Source: Patescibacteria group bacterium (GTDB taxonomy: Bacteria; Patescibacteriota; Minisyncoccia; Phycocordibacterales; UBA2100). Taken from it: DNA of 64,000 nt. Below, piece by piece: positions 37,930 to 47,406 of the stretch. Below the pieces are notes generated by a model. It ran no database searches and was not told the DNA's origin. It saw only the letters and a program-made list of their open reading frames with translations. The position numbers and the translations under genes were made by a program. Numbering within the stretch: position 1 is the first letter of the stretch; each line of letters opens with the position of its first letter. The stretch spans positions 100,406 to 164,405 of the forward strand of contig JBBTSD010000001.1 in the NCBI GenBank assembly GCA_038064835.1. Reading direction: 5' to 3'.

Positions 37930-38649
37930 ATGGATTTTAATGCTGTACAGGCTGAAAATGATAAAAAGTACGAACTCGATTTAACTCGTGTTCCGCATGC
38001 CCACGGCGATCTCTCATCTGGCGCTTTGGGCAAATTTAAGAGCGACAGCAAGGTGCGTATTTGTGTATCCGGTGCGGCAGAGACAGGGCACTGCGGGCTT
38101 GATTCGTATGAGCTTGCGAAAGAGCTGGGAAGGGAAATTGTTCGACAAGGTGCTATTTTGGTGACGGGGGCTACAACAGGTATACCGCTTTATGCGGCTG
38201 TGGGCGCAAAGGAAGAGGGGGGATTTTCAATCGGCTTTTCTCCAGCCGCAAGCGAGCGCGAGCATGTCGAGATTTATCGTCTCCCAACTGACTACATGGA
38301 CATTATTATATATACCGGTTTCGGCTTCCCCGGACGCGATTTGTTGCTCACTCGTTCTGCAGACGCGGTAATTTTAGGGTGTGGACGCGTGGGAACTATT
38401 CACGAATTTGTCGTTGCGTACGAAGACAAAAAACCAATAGGTATTCTCGAGGGTTCTTGGCACACTGATGAAGTGCTCAAACATATCATGCGCGAGAGCA
38501 ATCGTCCCATGGACAATGTAGTTTCAAATAAAGACCCCAAAGAGCTGGTCGCACAAATGATTACTATGGCAAAGAGAACCAAGCTGGAGCTGAATAGTAT
38601 TTATCGTAATTATGACGGATGGGCAGGGAATGATCGGCGTGTTGTGTAG
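37930..38649 (+). CDS. Rossmann-fold LOG/SLOG-like (TIGR00725-like) nucleotide-binding protein
   Basis: VSGAAETGHCG...ILVTGATTGIPLYAAVGA...ADAVILGCGRVGTIHE. Start at ATG 37930. Confidence 0.4.
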   Translation: MDFNAVQAENDKKYELDLTRVPHAHGDLSSGALGKFKSDSKVRICVSGAAETGHCGLDSYELAKELGREIVRQGAILVTGATTGIPLYAAVGAKEEGGFSIGFSPAASEREHVEIYRLPTDYMDIIIYTGFGFPGRDLLLTRSADAVILGCGRVGTIHEFVVAYEDKKPIGILEGSWHTDEVLKHIMRESNRPMDNVVSNKDPKELVAQMITMAKRTKLELNSIYRNYDGWAGNDRRVV

Positions 38650-38669
38650 CGTTCAATCGCAAGGAAGTA

Positions 38670-38698
38670 TTGACAGATATGTTTTTAAGTGTACAATA
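38670..38698 (+). promoter_or_regulatory. Near-consensus sigma70 promoter
   Basis: TTGACA, 17 nt, TACAAT. Confidence 0.45.
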
Positions 38699-38728
38699 AT
38701 AAATGAAGTTCTTTGATAAGACTTGCGA

Positions 38729-38791
38729 GTGGTCATAGCGAAAAGTGGCTTAACAAAAAACTGAGCAGAGGCCATTTCTCGCTATGACCAC
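38729..38791 (+). promoter_or_regulatory. Long leader hairpin (about 21-bp stem) in the 5' UTR of the 38858 gene
   Basis: gtggtcatagcgaaaagtggc...gccatttctcgctatgaccac (19/21 complementary). Confidence 0.4.
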
Positions 38792-38857
38792 ACAGGCCAT
38801 GGCTCCACCTCGGATGAGAGGAACAGAGACGGGCACATTAGCCCAAGGAGATACACT

Positions 38858-39514
38858 ATGAGCACAGAATTTGCGATTGCCGATGTTTCGCCCGGCAAGC
38901 TGAACGCACTGGTGAAGAACCTCATGCGTCAGACTGGAGAATCCGATCCAAACGAGGCCGTTCGTCTTCTCAACTCGGGTGAATGGGTTGTTTCAAAACC
39001 GACCCATTCATGGCACGAGAAAGACGGCGTCATCTACTTCAATGTCACCTCGGACGGCACGACCGGCGAGGACTGGATCACCCGGCTCGAGAGCAAGGGC
39101 TTCAGCGTGGACAGCTGCGCCAAGCAGGTGCTCCGCTCAGCGGATTTCAAGCCGACCAACGGCGTGACGACCGAAGTCGCCGTCCTCAAAGGCTGTCTCT
39201 TCGAGGAACGGGGCCGGACTACTTCGGTGATCCGCGCCGAGGCCGACAAGAGGAAGCTCTCGAAGCCGAACACCGAGATCACCTGCCTCATCCGTGAGAA
39301 GTTCACCGACAAGAAGATCGAAGCGATGGGTCTGTGGTACATCGTTGCCATGCACGAACCCATCAACGACTCCGGCGGCGATCCGGTCTTGCTGTACGCG
39401 AACCGTAGCGTCGATGGTCGCCGGCTCAAGGCGTGCCACGAGCGGCCTCTCAACGGGTGGCATCGTGACAGCGGGTTCGCGTTCGCCGTGTCGCACGGCA
39501 GTGCTCAACCCTAA
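38858..39514 (+). CDS. Hypothetical protein encoded by a GC-rich gene
   Basis: 218 aa with an AAGGAGA RBS. Body roughly 60% GC versus roughly 50% for neighbours. Confidence 0.4.
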   Translation: MSTEFAIADVSPGKLNALVKNLMRQTGESDPNEAVRLLNSGEWVVSKPTHSWHEKDGVIYFNVTSDGTTGEDWITRLESKGFSVDSCAKQVLRSADFKPTNGVTTEVAVLKGCLFEERGRTTSVIRAEADKRKLSKPNTEITCLIREKFTDKKIEAMGLWYIVAMHEPINDSGGDPVLLYANRSVDGRRLKACHERPLNGWHRDSGFAFAVSHGSAQP

Positions 39515-39635
39515 GCTCCTCGGGACTTTAGTCCTTACAGGACCTGTACACCTTTTGAGCGATTTAAGAAAATCGCTCAAAAGGTCTTGAGAAGCTTCAA
39601 GTATTCGCTTCTCACCCTTTGAACTTAGTCCTTAG

Positions 39636-39665
39636 CCCCACTCCGACGGACGGGGTGGGGCTATT
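39636..39665. terminator. Hairpin between convergent genes
   Basis: agccccactccgacggacggggtggggct, followed by attttcat. Confidence 0.45.
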
Positions 39666-39697
39666 TTCATCAAAGACTCGGCTATGCTATATGGAAC

Positions 39698-40045
39698 CTA
39701 CTTAACCTCTGCAACAACGCGAGCGAATGTCTCGGGATGGTCCTTGGCGAGAGTAGCAAGAATTTTGCGATCCAAGGTAATTCCTTTCTTTTTAAGAGAA
39801 TCGATGAACGAGCTATATGAGCGCAATCCGAGTGCACGAACACCGGCGTTGATACGCACGGTCCAGAGCGCGCGGAACTCACGCTTTTTTGCGCGACGGT
39901 CTCGAAACGCATAGGTTCCTGCCTTGAAAATAGCGTCTTTCGCTGCGCGTTCCTTTTTAGAACGGGCAAAACGATAGCCCTTGACCATCTTAAGGACATT
40001 GCGACGGCGTTTTAGGGTACTGACTCCTCCTTTTACTCGGGCCAT
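39698..40045 (-). CDS. rplT: 50S ribosomal protein L20
   Basis: [19 protein letters not shown]... Confidence 0.9.
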   Translation of the reverse strand: MARVKGGVSTLKRRRNVLKMVKGYRFARSKKERAAKDAIFKAGTYAFRDRRAKKREFRALWTVRINAGVRALGLRSYSSFIDSLKKKGITLDRKILATLAKDHPETFARVVAEVK

Positions 40046-40070
40046 ATGATTTAAAAAAATTTACAAAAAG

Positions 40071-40268
40071 CTAGTTGGTGCCGCCTGGCAAAAAGCGAGC
40101 CTTGTCTTTCTTATTAAGAACGAACGGGACAGCGACATTGCGACGGCGTTGCATCTGGCGTCGGCGACCTTCCTTGGCATTAAAATGGTTCTGTCCAGGT
40201 ACGCGCGCAACAACCTTACCTGTGCGGGTAACTCGGAGGCGCTTGGTGAAAGACTTGTTGGTTTTCAT
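40071..40268 (-). CDS. rpmI: 50S ribosomal protein L35
   Basis: MKTNKSFTKRLRVTRTGKV... Confidence 0.9.
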   Translation of the reverse strand: MKTNKSFTKRLRVTRTGKVVARVPGQNHFNAKEGRRRQMQRRRNVAVPFVLNKKDKARFLPGGTN

Positions 40269-40912
40269 GGTGTTTCAGGCTCTTTTTCGACATCGCCGAC
40301 ATCGCCTAGCGGGGACGAAAGGGAGAGTGTAGGGCTCTTCATCGGGGTGCTTGGCACCCAGCGTTTGCCCGTTTTGTCTCGCTCAATCACCACCGAGAGG
40401 CCTTTTAGGCTTTTCTTGATGTCGTCAGCGAGTTTAAAGGATTCTGGGATAATTGCAAGGAATCTCTCGAGGCGATCCTTGAGAAAGTTGAATTCCATGT
40501 ACTTGTAACGACCCCACAAAAACAGGTCGATTTTGACTCGATGACCCTCCCTCAACCACCCGGCCGCTTGGGATGCCTTGAGGTGCATGTCTCGCTCGCC
40601 GGTACCAATCTTGACCTGGGTGGTTTTGGTCTCGGTTACATGGGCCTTGGCCTTTACTTCTTTCCCCTTCTTCTTCATTTCATACTTATATTTGCCCAAA
40701 TCAGCGATTTTGGCGACGGGGGGAGTCGAGGTGCTGGAGATTTCTATCAAATCCAGCCCCAATTCGCGTGCCTTTGCGAGGGCTTCATCAGATGAAATGA
40801 TGCCAAAGTTTTCACCGTCAGGTCCGACAACGCGTAGTTCGCGAGCACGGATAGCATCGTTAATCCGCAAACGGTCCTTTTCCTTGGCAGTTGTGTATTT
40901 CGTGAATCCCAT
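40265..40912 (-). CDS. infC: Translation initiation factor IF-3 with a roughly 35-aa acidic/Pro-rich C-terminal tail
   Basis: INDAIRARELRVVGPDGENFGIIS...LDLIEIS; the IF-3 C-terminal domain ends at VIERD, followed by a KTGKRWVPSTPMKSPTLSLSSPLGDVGDVEKEPETP tail. Confidence 0.85.
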   Translation of the reverse strand: MGFTKYTTAKEKDRLRINDAIRARELRVVGPDGENFGIISSDEALAKARELGLDLIEISSTSTPPVAKIADLGKYKYEMKKKGKEVKAKAHVTETKTTQVKIGTGERDMHLKASQAAGWLREGHRVKIDLFLWGRYKYMEFNFLKDRLERFLAIIPESFKLADDIKKSLKGLSVVIERDKTGKRWVPSTPMKSPTLSLSSPLGDVGDVEKEPETP

Positions 40913-41011
40913 GAGTAAAGACTATACCACACCCTACAGCTTTGCGGAATATCATTTGAGCGCACCTTGTGGGAGAGTGGAAAAAGACAAGTAAGGTAAC
41001 AAGGGGTCGAC

Positions 41012-41662
41012 ATGGACTATGCAGTGATATTCGATATGGATGGGGTCGTTTCCGATACCCAGAAATTGCATGCGCGGGTAGAATCGGAGCTTCTTGCGCA
41101 ACTAGGTGTCGCTATTTCTCCCGAGGAAATTACGCGGCGCTTTGCAGGGATGAGCCTGACACAGCAGTTTGGTGAGCTGTTGTGGGGGAAGCGTGCTCAC
41201 TATGACATGCAACTTGTGGAAAAAGAGAAATGGCGGCGCATGGCCGACCTCGCCAAGCAGGGTGTGGATCCGGTGAAAGGATCAGTCGAGACGCTTATTG
41301 AACTTGTGTACCACTTTCGTCTTGGGCTAGGTTCGGCATCAGTTCTGCCGTATGTCGAGAGCGTACTTCATGCGCTTGATGTGCGTCCGCTTTTCGAGTC
41401 GGTTGTGACGGGTGATATGGTGGCACAGGGAAAGCCTGCGCCGGATATTTTCTTGCGAGTCGCACGCGAGTTGCATATACCGCCCAGTAGATGTGTTGTC
41501 ATCGAAGACGGAAAGAGCGGGATGATTGCCGCCGCCCGCGCAGGTATGAAATGCATCGCTCTGGTGCCACAAATCTCGGACGAGTATCCGACACAGCATC
41601 AGATTTGTTCTTTGTACGAATTGAATCAGGGTTACATTCGTTCGGTACTTGCCGTTGGTTGA
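41012..41662 (+). CDS. HAD-superfamily hydrolase (beta-phosphoglucomutase-like subfamily IA)
   Basis: DMDGVV motif I and a K...D motif pattern. Confidence 0.6.
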   Translation: MDYAVIFDMDGVVSDTQKLHARVESELLAQLGVAISPEEITRRFAGMSLTQQFGELLWGKRAHYDMQLVEKEKWRRMADLAKQGVDPVKGSVETLIELVYHFRLGLGSASVLPYVESVLHALDVRPLFESVVTGDMVAQGKPAPDIFLRVARELHIPPSRCVVIEDGKSGMIAAARAGMKCIALVPQISDEYPTQHQICSLYELNQGYIRSVLAVG

Positions 41663-41675
41663 GGAAGGATAGTGG

Positions 41676-41698
41676 ACAAAACCGCGCTTTGCGCGGTT
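41676..41698. terminator. Bidirectional terminator hairpin
   Basis: aaaaccgcgctttgcgcggtttc. Confidence 0.5.
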
Positions 41699-41703
41699 TC
41701 TTG

Positions 41704-42759
41704 CTATCCTCGTTCAGCCAACTGTACGCGGTATTCTTTCCCAAATAGTTCCCATGTGGCAAGGAAGAGTGCCGCGAGCGCAGGACCTAAAATGATGCCA
41801 GAGATACCAAAGAGCCCGAGGCCACCAAGGACAGACAAGAGCACCAATGCATCAGGCATGTTGGTGTCGCGACCTACCAAAATAGGGCGCAAGACATTGT
41901 CGATCGAACCAAGAATGACAGTCCCACCGATCAAGACAACAAGGGCCGGTACCAATGAGCCAAGCGTAAGCAGTATGAGACCCGCAGGAAGCCAGATGAT
42001 CGCAGGACCCACACCAGGAACAAGTGCGCATAGTGCCATGAGTAGACCCCACAGAGCGGGACTCGGGATGCCAGCAATGAGAAATAGGATAGTACCAATC
42101 GCACCCTGAGCAAGTGAGATGAGTAACGCGCCTTTGACTGTGGCGCGCACAGCGCTTGCAAACTGCTCGTACAAAAATATTTCTTTAGCATCACCGAGTG
42201 GTAGATAGCGCATTATGTGCGAGCCAATCGCGGCTCCGTCGCGCAAAAAGAAAAACAGGAGGTACAGCATTACTAGGGCCTTTGCAACAAACTGAATAGT
42301 TGAGGCGCCAAAGTCGAGCGCGCCGGTCGCAAGTTTGCCGCCTGCATTTTTCAAAACTTCTGCAAGACGCACATGGATCTCGTTCGGTTCGATACCGATA
42401 GATGAAAGCAATTCGGTGGCAAAGGGGATTGCCTGCACAACGCTTTCAAAGATGTATGGGTTCGAAAATCGAGCAGTAGTGTACAACTCGGTGCTCTCCT
42501 TTACTACAAGTGTGCCGATGCCTGCAATGGGAAGAAAAACCAGGAGTACTGCAACAAGAAGAGTGAGTAACGCGGCAGGTGTTTTGCGACCACCGAATTG
42601 TCGCTCCATGCGGTAAGTGATTGGAAAGAAAAGAATCGAAAGAATAACAGCCCATACAATAGGAAGAAGAAAGTCAGAGATGAGATATCCAAACGCGACG
42701 GAAACACCGATCAAAAGAGCAAAGAAAGAGAAGTGTTGTATGCGCGAGAAAGTGTCCAT
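41704..42759 (-). CDS. AI-2E family (UPF0118/PerM-like) transporter
   Basis: 351 aa, 8 TM helices, C-terminal GxxxG-rich region typical of AI-2E. Confidence 0.7.
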   Translation of the reverse strand: MDTFSRIQHFSFFALLIGVSVAFGYLISDFLLPIVWAVILSILFFPITYRMERQFGGRKTPAALLTLLVAVLLVFLPIAGIGTLVVKESTELYTTARFSNPYIFESVVQAIPFATELLSSIGIEPNEIHVRLAEVLKNAGGKLATGALDFGASTIQFVAKALVMLYLLFFFLRDGAAIGSHIMRYLPLGDAKEIFLYEQFASAVRATVKGALLISLAQGAIGTILFLIAGIPSPALWGLLMALCALVPGVGPAIIWLPAGLILLTLGSLVPALVVLIGGTVILGSIDNVLRPILVGRDTNMPDALVLLSVLGGLGLFGISGIILGPALAALFLATWELFGKEYRVQLAERG

Positions 42760-42781
42760 AAAGTTAGACTACCACGGTTTT

Positions 42782-44113
42782 CTAGAGGTCCCATTCAGGC
42801 GCATCTTGGTATTCGGGCGTAGTGTTCTGCTTTCGGCCGCGGATAACTTCGAGTAAGCGATGCAACGCGATCGAGATATTCTGGAGTGCCTGGCGGTAGG
42901 ATGCGAGCGCAGTCGAACTCAAAGTTCCGTACAGTGGTGCCCGGGCTTTTTCTGTGTACACGGCACCTTCGCCAAATGTAGTTTTTGGCGCCTGGACAGT
43001 AGACTTGTCGGCGATAGAGTTTGTGTCGGTAGTGGTCCTTCGTATCGGTGTATAGGATGCAGCTCTCTCTGCTTGAAGTCGAGCGAGTAGTTCGGGATTT
43101 GGCGAGGGATATGCGGTAGGGGAACTTGATGCAGTACTGCTTGGTCGTGGTGCGATGATTTCTTGGATTTTTGTGGCTGAATCGGGGAGTAGTGTGGTGG
43201 TGACAGGTGCTGTTCCACGGGAAGTTTCGCCAGGGTTGCCGGGAGTAACTGGTGCAACGGATATGACAGGTTGTGGCACAGGAGGTGCAAAAGCTTGCTG
43301 GATACCAAGGGATTGAGGAAGTGCGGCGCTTGGGATCGCGGGGGGAGGCACTGCCGGTGGCACAACTCCAAGCGCGGTCCCCAATGTTCTTAATAGGCTT
43401 GGTGCGGGTGCGGCTGCCGCAGGTGGTGGCGTCCCACCTACTGCCGGATTGAACCCGGCAGTAGTACATTGCGTGCTATTTGGCTCAAGATGCCACGGCT
43501 CGGTGATGCGACTTCCACGGGGCTTTCCAGGCATCAATGGAAAATCCACCCCATGGCGTAAGGCAATCGTTCCGACAAGCGGTGCACAGTTGGAACCACC
43601 GTTGCATTTTAGGTCGACAGCGATACCTCGTTGATGTGGCGAGCTTCCTACCGCAGCTGCGTAGAGCGATCCTTGCGCTGCACCACGCCGTGCGATCGAC
43701 TGTGCTCGCGCACGCGCTTGGTCTGCTGCATTACGCGCCCCGGAAAAAATTTCCATGGTAATCCCGTCGGCCTCTGCTTCTTTCATAAAATCAGCGAGAC
43801 ATTTTGCGAAGGCGGGATCAAGGTCAGACACATAATACGGTCGTTGTGTCCTGTGTGGCTCGACCAATCGATCGAGGAGATAGCGGTATAGATCTCCGTC
43901 GACAGTTGCGCGACAATTCTGTCTCAGAACAATTTCATCGGCATCGCATACCATTCCCGCGCGAGCAAGGGTAATTCCACGGTTGCGGAGACAGGTGATA
44001 TCGCTTGGGGTTGCGGCTCGACATGCGGCATTGGATATCGCTGGAGATACTAGCAAGACGGTAAACACCGCAGCGCCCACAAAGAGAAAAAACGCGCGCG
44101 AGTCACTGCTCAT
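42782..44113 (-). CDS. Secreted M15-family (VanY / D,D-carboxypeptidase-like) zinc peptidase with Pro/Ala-rich linker
   Basis: Signal peptide from ATG 44113; SSPHQRGIAVDL (SxHxxGxAxD) and ITEPWHLE motifs. The central region is APPVPQPV.../PAAAAPAPS low complexity. Confidence 0.55.
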   Translation of the reverse strand: MSSDSRAFFLFVGAAVFTVLLVSPAISNAACRAATPSDITCLRNRGITLARAGMVCDADEIVLRQNCRATVDGDLYRYLLDRLVEPHRTQRPYYVSDLDPAFAKCLADFMKEAEADGITMEIFSGARNAADQARARAQSIARRGAAQGSLYAAAVGSSPHQRGIAVDLKCNGGSNCAPLVGTIALRHGVDFPLMPGKPRGSRITEPWHLEPNSTQCTTAGFNPAVGGTPPPAAAAPAPSLLRTLGTALGVVPPAVPPPAIPSAALPQSLGIQQAFAPPVPQPVISVAPVTPGNPGETSRGTAPVTTTLLPDSATKIQEIIAPRPSSTASSSPTAYPSPNPELLARLQAERAASYTPIRRTTTDTNSIADKSTVQAPKTTFGEGAVYTEKARAPLYGTLSSTALASYRQALQNISIALHRLLEVIRGRKQNTTPEYQDAPEWDL

Positions 44114-44222
44114 ACAGATAGTATAGCCCACAGGCGTCCGTGCGCTCATAATTGCGCGGTATTCCAGCTGGGGGTATAGTCGAAATGGGTCTGAATAACT
44201 CAATGGAAACAGGGAGTTTCCG

Positions 44223-45326
44223 ATGAAGAACCGGACATTCCGCTTCGTAGTTTTTGGCGCAGGGCGTCAGGGACTCGCCACTGTGTATGATCTGATGCAA
44301 AGATGTGATGCCGATCGAGTAGTTGTCTTTGATCCGGATAGTATCCGGCTCGGGCATGCCGCGACACGCTTGCGCGCATTGCTTTCTGGTGACATGTACG
44401 ACAAGGTAATTTTCCTTGCCACCGGTCCCTCTGCAGAATATTTTGTTGCAGAAACAGATGTCGTTATTTCATGTGCGCCACACCAGGCGAATATCGATCT
44501 TACTAAACTTGCACTCAAATATCACAAGCACTTTTGTGACCTCGGTGGCAACACTGCGATTATGGAAGAACAAGAACGGCTTGCGCGAGGTGCACGGTCG
44601 GCGGTAGTGCCTGCATGTGGTGTTTCGCCAGGAATCTCAAATATACTTGCCGCGTACCTGGCTCAAGAAGAGCTTTGTAATGAGATTCGCGTGCGGTGCG
44701 GTGGTAATCCACTGATTCCTCCGAATGAAATGGTGAATCCCTACCTCTACTCGCTCTACTTCAGTCCTGATGGGGTTGCGAGCGAGTATACAGGGAATGT
44801 GGCTATTATTCGGAAGGGAGAGATAGCGCTCGCTCCGGCACTGGGGGAGGTATCTCCATTTGACGATGAATTCGAATCGGCACCAACTGCAAATAATTCA
44901 CCACTCGTTGCACAGTATCTTCGTAGCCTGGGTGTGATGGAATATGACTATCAAACGCTTCGTTATCGCGGACATTTCTCTGCAATCAAAAAGAAAGCCC
45001 CAATCGGTGACGAGAGATCTCTTGCTCAGTGGCTTCGTGATCAGCCCGAACTCCAGCTCTCCCCGATTGCCAAAGACCGCCTCACCTTGAGTGTCCGTGG
45101 TATCTACCACAATCGTGCATTACGCGAGACTAGAGAATATCGGTTTGATGTGGAAGCAGACCCAACAACAGGGTTTACCGCCATGGAACGCATGACTTCG
45201 TGGGGGATTACCCTGGTTGCACGGTATCTTGCGGAATACGGCGGCCGTGAAGTGCATGGGTTTTTCCCACCCGAACAGTTTATGAACGCACAAGATATTA
45301 TTCATGGTATCTGCGCGCGATTGTGA
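44223..45326 (+). CDS. Saccharopine-dehydrogenase-like NAD(P)-binding oxidoreductase
   Basis: VVFGAGRQG Rossmann motif with a Sacchrp_dh-like layout. Confidence 0.5.
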   Translation: MKNRTFRFVVFGAGRQGLATVYDLMQRCDADRVVVFDPDSIRLGHAATRLRALLSGDMYDKVIFLATGPSAEYFVAETDVVISCAPHQANIDLTKLALKYHKHFCDLGGNTAIMEEQERLARGARSAVVPACGVSPGISNILAAYLAQEELCNEIRVRCGGNPLIPPNEMVNPYLYSLYFSPDGVASEYTGNVAIIRKGEIALAPALGEVSPFDDEFESAPTANNSPLVAQYLRSLGVMEYDYQTLRYRGHFSAIKKKAPIGDERSLAQWLRDQPELQLSPIAKDRLTLSVRGIYHNRALRETREYRFDVEADPTTGFTAMERMTSWGITLVARYLAEYGGREVHGFFPPEQFMNAQDIIHGICARL

Positions 45327-45339
45327 TTACAAAGATAAC

Positions 45340-45362
45340 CCCCGCCATAAGCGGGGGTTTCT
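45340..45362 (+). terminator. Intrinsic terminator
   Basis: acccccgccataagcgggggttt followed by ctgtaat. Confidence 0.5.
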
Positions 45363-45676
45363 GTAATCATGGCGTTGAACGACGCAGGTACAAGATGCCA
45401 ATCATGCCGACTTGGCACACGAGGAATGTTGCCGGTTGCATCAGTGATACTAGGTTCCACTCCGCAGTGCCCAAGATTGCCGATGTGCTTGCTGTGGCAA
45501 TGATTACCCATGCCAGCAGGTCTTCATGTGCCGGGTTCTCATAGGCTGAGATAAGACTCGGTATCATGCCGATGGTCATTGCAGCAAGGCTCGCAAGCAT
45601 GGCAACAAGCGGGTCACCTGATATGGCCCACAGGATAGTTCCTGCAATTGAAAAACCCCCGCTTGGACGGAGGTTG

Positions 45677-46390
45677 CTACTGATCTATCCAGGGTAGGAT
45701 TACCGTTTCAGTGGCCAGGATTAGTTGCTCTGATGACAGAGTGTGGCGTGCATCCTGAATCGTATGACGGGTGATGTTTGCTGGATGCAAACCCTCAATT
45801 GTCAGTAGAGGAATGACGGAATCAAATTCCGAAGAAAGGATTAGGGTGTCTCCACTAAAAGCACACAAGGCTACCGCCAACCTGTGCGAATTGCATGTGT
45901 GCGATAGGTGGCGCCAAGCGAGTATCGATGTGTAACGCGTCGGAGTTTCAAACATTTCATGCATTGCTTCTGTCGAGAATCCTTCATCAGGATAACTTGC
46001 AGGGGCAAAAAGTATGAGGCGATGAACCGTGCGTTCTTGCGAAAGAATGCCCGCAAGGTAAGAGCCGAAACTAAAACCCACGACAGTGATGCGCTTTGCG
46101 TTTATACTCGACGCTCGAGCAAGTGTGTCGTATGCATCACGAGTTACTTTCAGATATTCTGCGCGAGTTTTCGATCCGTCAGACTGGTCGTGCAGTCGTA
46201 CAAAAGAGACTTGATATCCACGACTCTCGAACAAAGCCGCTGCTCCTGCAAAGTATGCAGGTGTGCCACGCCAACCGTGTATAAAAAGAACTCCAGGCGC
46301 ATCCCCCGCGCACGCGGGTGACATACAGGCAGAGAAGATCACGCATGCGATTAGAGAGATATCTCGCAACCAGGCCATCGTGCCCTCCAT
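45677..46390 (-). CDS. Alpha/beta-hydrolase (esterase/lipase-like), secreted
   Basis: GFSFGS nucleophile elbow (GxSxG) and an N-terminal signal-like segment. Confidence 0.55.
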   Translation of the reverse strand: MEGTMAWLRDISLIACVIFSACMSPACAGDAPGVLFIHGWRGTPAYFAGAAALFESRGYQVSFVRLHDQSDGSKTRAEYLKVTRDAYDTLARASSINAKRITVVGFSFGSYLAGILSQERTVHRLILFAPASYPDEGFSTEAMHEMFETPTRYTSILAWRHLSHTCNSHRLAVALCAFSGDTLILSSEFDSVIPLLTIEGLHPANITRHTIQDARHTLSSEQLILATETVILPWIDQ

Positions 46391-46425
46391 ATGCTACATG
46401 TATCATGCGCTATGGCAGGGTGTCG

Positions 46426-47406
46426 TCAATGATTCTTGCTAGGGCGGAGTAGTGTATACCTACCGATCAGCCCGAATAAAGGGAGATCGGAAAGGATGCG
46501 TTTGAGAGATGTTTTCTCCGGAATAAATGGAGAATTTAGAAATAGGAAAATAATGAGCATCATTAGCGGGTTGAACTCGATGCCCATGGTGAGATAGGTG
46601 CCGATGTGGAACGCAAAAATAAATACTGCCCAGACGCGTTGCAGTGATGTGCGAATCATTACCCACCAAGAAAATGTTTGAACAAAAACGAGTGTCATGA
46701 AAGGAAACCATGCCCATTCAGGATTGTTGATAACCCACGGGGCGAGAAGTCCTTCGTGTTGGAGTTTTGGAATCCAATCGGCGACGATATAGCTGAAGTT
46801 GCCGATCGAGAGCGCATTGATTTCTCCGGCAAGGTTTTGTATGTAGGCGGCAATCATTTTATTGAGCCCGGCCATGGTGTAACTAAGAGTGACAATCGCT
46901 TGTGCACACCAGATAACCAAAAGAAACAGGCGCCGATTTTCGAAAGTATCTTTTTCGGTGCGCCAGATATTCGGTAGGAAAACAAAAATGAGCGTGGTGT
47001 ATACCCACATGTACCATTGGTGATTTATATATCCGAACGAGCTTTCAAGGGCGTGTGCTTGAACAAGTGCGAGGAAAACAAGTATTCGTGCGGCGCGGGT
47101 GTGGAAGAAAAAAACGCTGACAAATGCCGCCACAAAGAAAAGCGTTCGCACCAGCGCGAGAGTGGTTGCGTAATCAAAAGAAAACCATGTCGCCCATGCA
47201 ACGGGCCAGAGTGGCTCGAATCCAGGTCTGACACTGGTCGAGCTCATCAGATACTGAAAGGACAGATAGAGCAGGAAAGAGTAGTAGTAGAGCATCATGA
47301 CGCGCGCCGTTTCCATGATGCGATTGTCATGTGCCAAGGTGGTGAGTGAAGGTGGATAAAGATGTGCACGCACCCACAGCCAGTGTTTTTGGATGATGTG
47401 TGTCAT
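46426..47406 (-). CDS. W-rich polytopic membrane protein (HTTM-like?)
   Basis: 326 aa, many TM helices, no motif assigned. Confidence 0.4.
   Translation of the reverse strand: MTHIIQKHWLWVRAHLYPPSLTTLAHDNRIMETARVMMLYYYSFLLYLSFQYLMSSTSVRPGFEPLWPVAWATWFSFDYATTLALVRTLFFVAAFVSVFFFHTRAARILVFLALVQAHALESSFGYINHQWYMWVYTTLIFVFLPNIWRTEKDTFENRRLFLLVIWCAQAIVTLSYTMAGLNKMIAAYIQNLAGEINALSIGNFSYIVADWIPKLQHEGLLAPWVINNPEWAWFPFMTLVFVQTFSWWVMIRTSLQRVWAVFIFAFHIGTYLTMGIEFNPLMMLIIFLFLNSPFIPEKTSLKRILSDLPLFGLIGRYTLLRPSKNH

Noticed and set aside
45367-45600. 77-aa minus-strand hydrophobic ORF after the saccharopine-DH-like gene
   Set aside because: It is short with no RBS or motif. It could be a real small membrane protein, but the evidence is insufficient.
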